Origin: a virus
Lineage: Duplodnaviria > Caudoviricetes
IMG/VR virus record: IMGVR_UViG_3300022930_000019
Location: 1 to 37,507 of that record
Strand: one strand, 5' to 3'
DNA: 37,507 nt
Shown here: in pieces, positions 35,998-37,507 of the stretch
Layout: the number at the start of each line of letters is the position of its first letter
How positions within the stretch are numbered: the stretch's first letter is position 1
Position numbers and translations under genes: made by a program
Notes under the pieces: model-generated
What the model saw: only the letters and a program-made list of their open reading frames with translations
Told to the model about the DNA's origin: nothing
Databases searched by the model: none

Positions 35998-36101
35998 AAG
36001 AAAAATAGCCCCGAGGGAGGCTATAATTCTTCAAAATATACATCTACAGTTACCCGAACAGGTAGTGTAAATATTCACCAAGGTACTATGCCTCGCCGCA
36101 T
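35998..36101 (-). ncRNA. sRNA unit D
   Basis: TG-C-TACAAT; hairpins with minus-strand G.U pairs; terminator ATAGCCTC/GGGGCTAT + TTTT. Confidence 0.55.
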
Positions 36102-36120
36102 ATACTCATTGTAGCATAAT

Positions 36121-36234
36121 GTCTTACCCTACTATGTAATTGACTTGGCAGTCGGCCAGACGGGATCTTCTGCTAGTAGGGTATGCTCTGTAAAAATAAT
36201 CAAAGCTATATGTTTGCAGTCTTACCATCTGACT
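36121..36234 (-). ncRNA. sRNA unit C (strand less certain)
   Basis: TG-G-TATAAT at 36241-36249; 10-bp TACCCTACTA/TAGTAGGGTA helix; no U-tract. Confidence 0.45.
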
Positions 36235-36255
36235 ATTTTTATTATACCATCTTAG

Positions 36256-36385
36256 AAAACAAATAAGACTCCGTTACGAAGGCTCAGTATGTGGAGGGTA
36301 TTACATCTGAACGGGAGTCTTACTGCCTAACTTTCGTTAAATAGGGGGTATGAGGTGCTATTGACTGATTATCGCATCAATCAAC
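36256..36385 (-). ncRNA. sRNA unit B
   Basis: TG-T-TATAAT at 36392-36400; 13-bp G.U-rich 5' hairpin; C-rich unpaired segments; TAAGACTC/GAGTCTTA + U-tract. Confidence 0.6.
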
Positions 36386-36420
36386 AACTTGATTATAACA
36401 TAACCGGTAAAAAGGTACAT

Positions 36421-36518
36421 AAGCAAAATACTCCGCTTGCGAGAAACGGAGTATTGCTATAGAGGGTAAAAGGTTTTACATATTGCGATCGAAGATCACG
36501 CAATGAAAGCCCTCTAAT
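36421..36518 (-). ncRNA. sRNA unit A, antisense to the early-leader RBS motif
   Basis: TG-T-TAAAGT promoter; hairpin carrying GTAAAACCTTT; terminator AATACTCCG/CGGAGTATT. Confidence 0.6.
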
Positions 36519-36566
36519 ATGTCTACTTTAACATCATTGAGTATATTTTGTAAAGTAATAATATAC

Positions 36567-36620
36567 TTGTAATACAAACGAGTATGGTATACAATAAAGA
36601 GGTAAAAGAAAGGTTTTACT
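36567..36620 (+). promoter_or_regulatory. early promoter cassette, copy 3
   Basis: TTGTAA-17-TACAAT; spacer CGAGTATGG; leader GTAAAA-GAAAGG-TTTTAC. Confidence 0.75.
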
Positions 36621-36622
36621 AA

Positions 36623-36799
36623 ATGGACGATATAGATATACGTATCAAAGAATTAAACAGACAGATGGCTATTCAGTTGGTTAGGCATGCAATGACCGAT
36701 TATTTTCAACAGGTTATGAAACAAAATGGAACTGACTCTACCGAAATCGCAACAGTAACAGTAGATAAAGTTATTAAAGCACTAGAGTGGAAACCATAA
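36623..36799 (+). CDS. 58-aa hypothetical protein
   Basis: RBS GAAAGG; TAATG-coupled to the recombinase. Confidence 0.6.
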   Translation: MDDIDIRIKELNRQMAIQLVRHAMTDYFQQVMKQNGTDSTEIATVTVDKVIKALEWKP

Positions 36800-37368
36800 T
36801 GCAAGATGAACTAACAGAAAAAGAGCTTGCGGTTGTGAATAAAGCAATCCAAAAGCAAAAAATGACTGAATTGACGTATAAAGCGGTTCTTTCGATCAAT
36901 CCGCCTACAAAGATCGTAAAGCATCATGAATTCGGCAAGTTCGACTACCTACCTATTACGGCAGTTGAGCGTCTCCTAGACGGTCTATTTGATGGATGGA
37001 CACCAGAGATCCTACGTGAAGGCTCAGTTATTAATGGCTTTTACGTGGTTGTAAGGTTAAAGGCAAAAATCCCTCAATCAGATAAATACCTTGTCGCAGA
37101 TGGTATCGGATTTGCTGAATTTCAGACTAGGAGAGGTGCAGAGCCTACAGACTTTACACAGCTTATGCAAAGTGCCGGTGTCATGGCAATCCCGCGAGCA
37201 AAAGCTGAGGCTATTAAAAATGCTGCTAAGTCATTTGGTAACTTATTTGGACGAAACCTCACACGCAAGGATGACCAATCCATCGAAGAAGCAGACGTTG
37301 TTAATGCCTCACGTGCCAAAATTGCAAACACACTAAACCAAGGTGAAGACAAGAATGAAACAAATTAA
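36799..37368 (+). CDS. Rad52/Rad22 (Sak-like) single-strand annealing protein
   Basis: YLPITAVERLLDGLFDGW, VVVRL, DGIG, AKAEAIKNAAKSFGNLFGRNL; start corrected to ATG 36799. Confidence 0.8.
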   Translation: MQDELTEKELAVVNKAIQKQKMTELTYKAVLSINPPTKIVKHHEFGKFDYLPITAVERLLDGLFDGWTPEILREGSVINGFYVVVRLKAKIPQSDKYLVADGIGFAEFQTRRGAEPTDFTQLMQSAGVMAIPRAKAEAIKNAAKSFGNLFGRNLTRKDDQSIEEADVVNASRAKIANTLNQGEDKNETN

Positions 37369-37507
37369 CTTATCCCCAAGTTTCCTTACAAAAGTATATA
37401 AAAAAGGCTATGATTATGCGGTGGGTGAGAAACTCGGTCTATTCAATACAGACACTAAGGCGATGAGTGACGGAAGATTGCTACATGCCCTTATATCAGA
37501 ACGTCTC
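37355..37507 (+). CDS. N-terminal part of the PD-(D/E)xK exonuclease, continued at window start
   Basis: MKQINLSPSFL...AMSDGRLLHALISERL (LSPS and G..LH motifs); open to the window end. Confidence 0.7.
   Translation, partial: MKQINLSPSFLTKVYKKGYDYAVGEKLGLFNTDTKAMSDGRLLHALISERL

Noticed and set aside
35858-36070. 70-aa plus-strand ORF
   Set aside because: Its ATG lies only 2 nt after the -10 box (before a plausible TSS) and the ORF spans a terminator
35190-36560. CRISPR or mini-array
   Set aside because: No identical direct repeats with regular spacers; the units share architecture, not sequence
1-37507. Stop-codon reassignment, DGR/retron, integrase/att
   Set aside because: Conserved genes are intact in the standard code and all three stops are used; no reverse transcriptase or recombinase motifs seen

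Overview
Near-complete ~37.5 kb genome of a long-tailed dsDNA phage (siphovirus-like). It appears circularly permuted, with the break inside a PD-(D/E)xK exonuclease gene split between the two ends. Gene order: Rad52/Sak-like recombinase + exonuclease; early accessory ORFs (C5 DNA methyltransferase, NinG, KGG-repeat protein, membrane anchor + lytic transglycosylase, many small ORFs); a redox/glycan cluster (DUF1360-like, glutaredoxin-like, two sugar-enzyme-like proteins, GDP-mannose 4,6-dehydratase); terminase; portal; four fibre-like genes; ClpP-capsid fusion; neck/tail; lysis; late accessory genes; and a 1.4 kb ORF-free control region. I recognise no integrase, HTH repressor, polymerase, primase, helicase or replication initiator. 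The KGG protein and many leaderless genes suggest a Saccharibacteria/CPR host (inference). The most striking signals are RNA-level: (i) a tandem array of promoter-hairpin-terminator small-RNA units at 35.8-36.55 kb, one of them complementary to a ribosome-binding-site motif shared by three early promoters; (ii) a long ORF-free structured minus-strand RNA with a small antisense partner next to iteron-like repeats, a candidate RNA-controlled origin; (iii) a -1 slippery site plus H-type pseudoknot that would fuse a membrane anchor to the transglycosylase; (iv) a ~420-nt multibranched ncRNA. All calls come from reading motifs by eye; no searches or folding programs were run.
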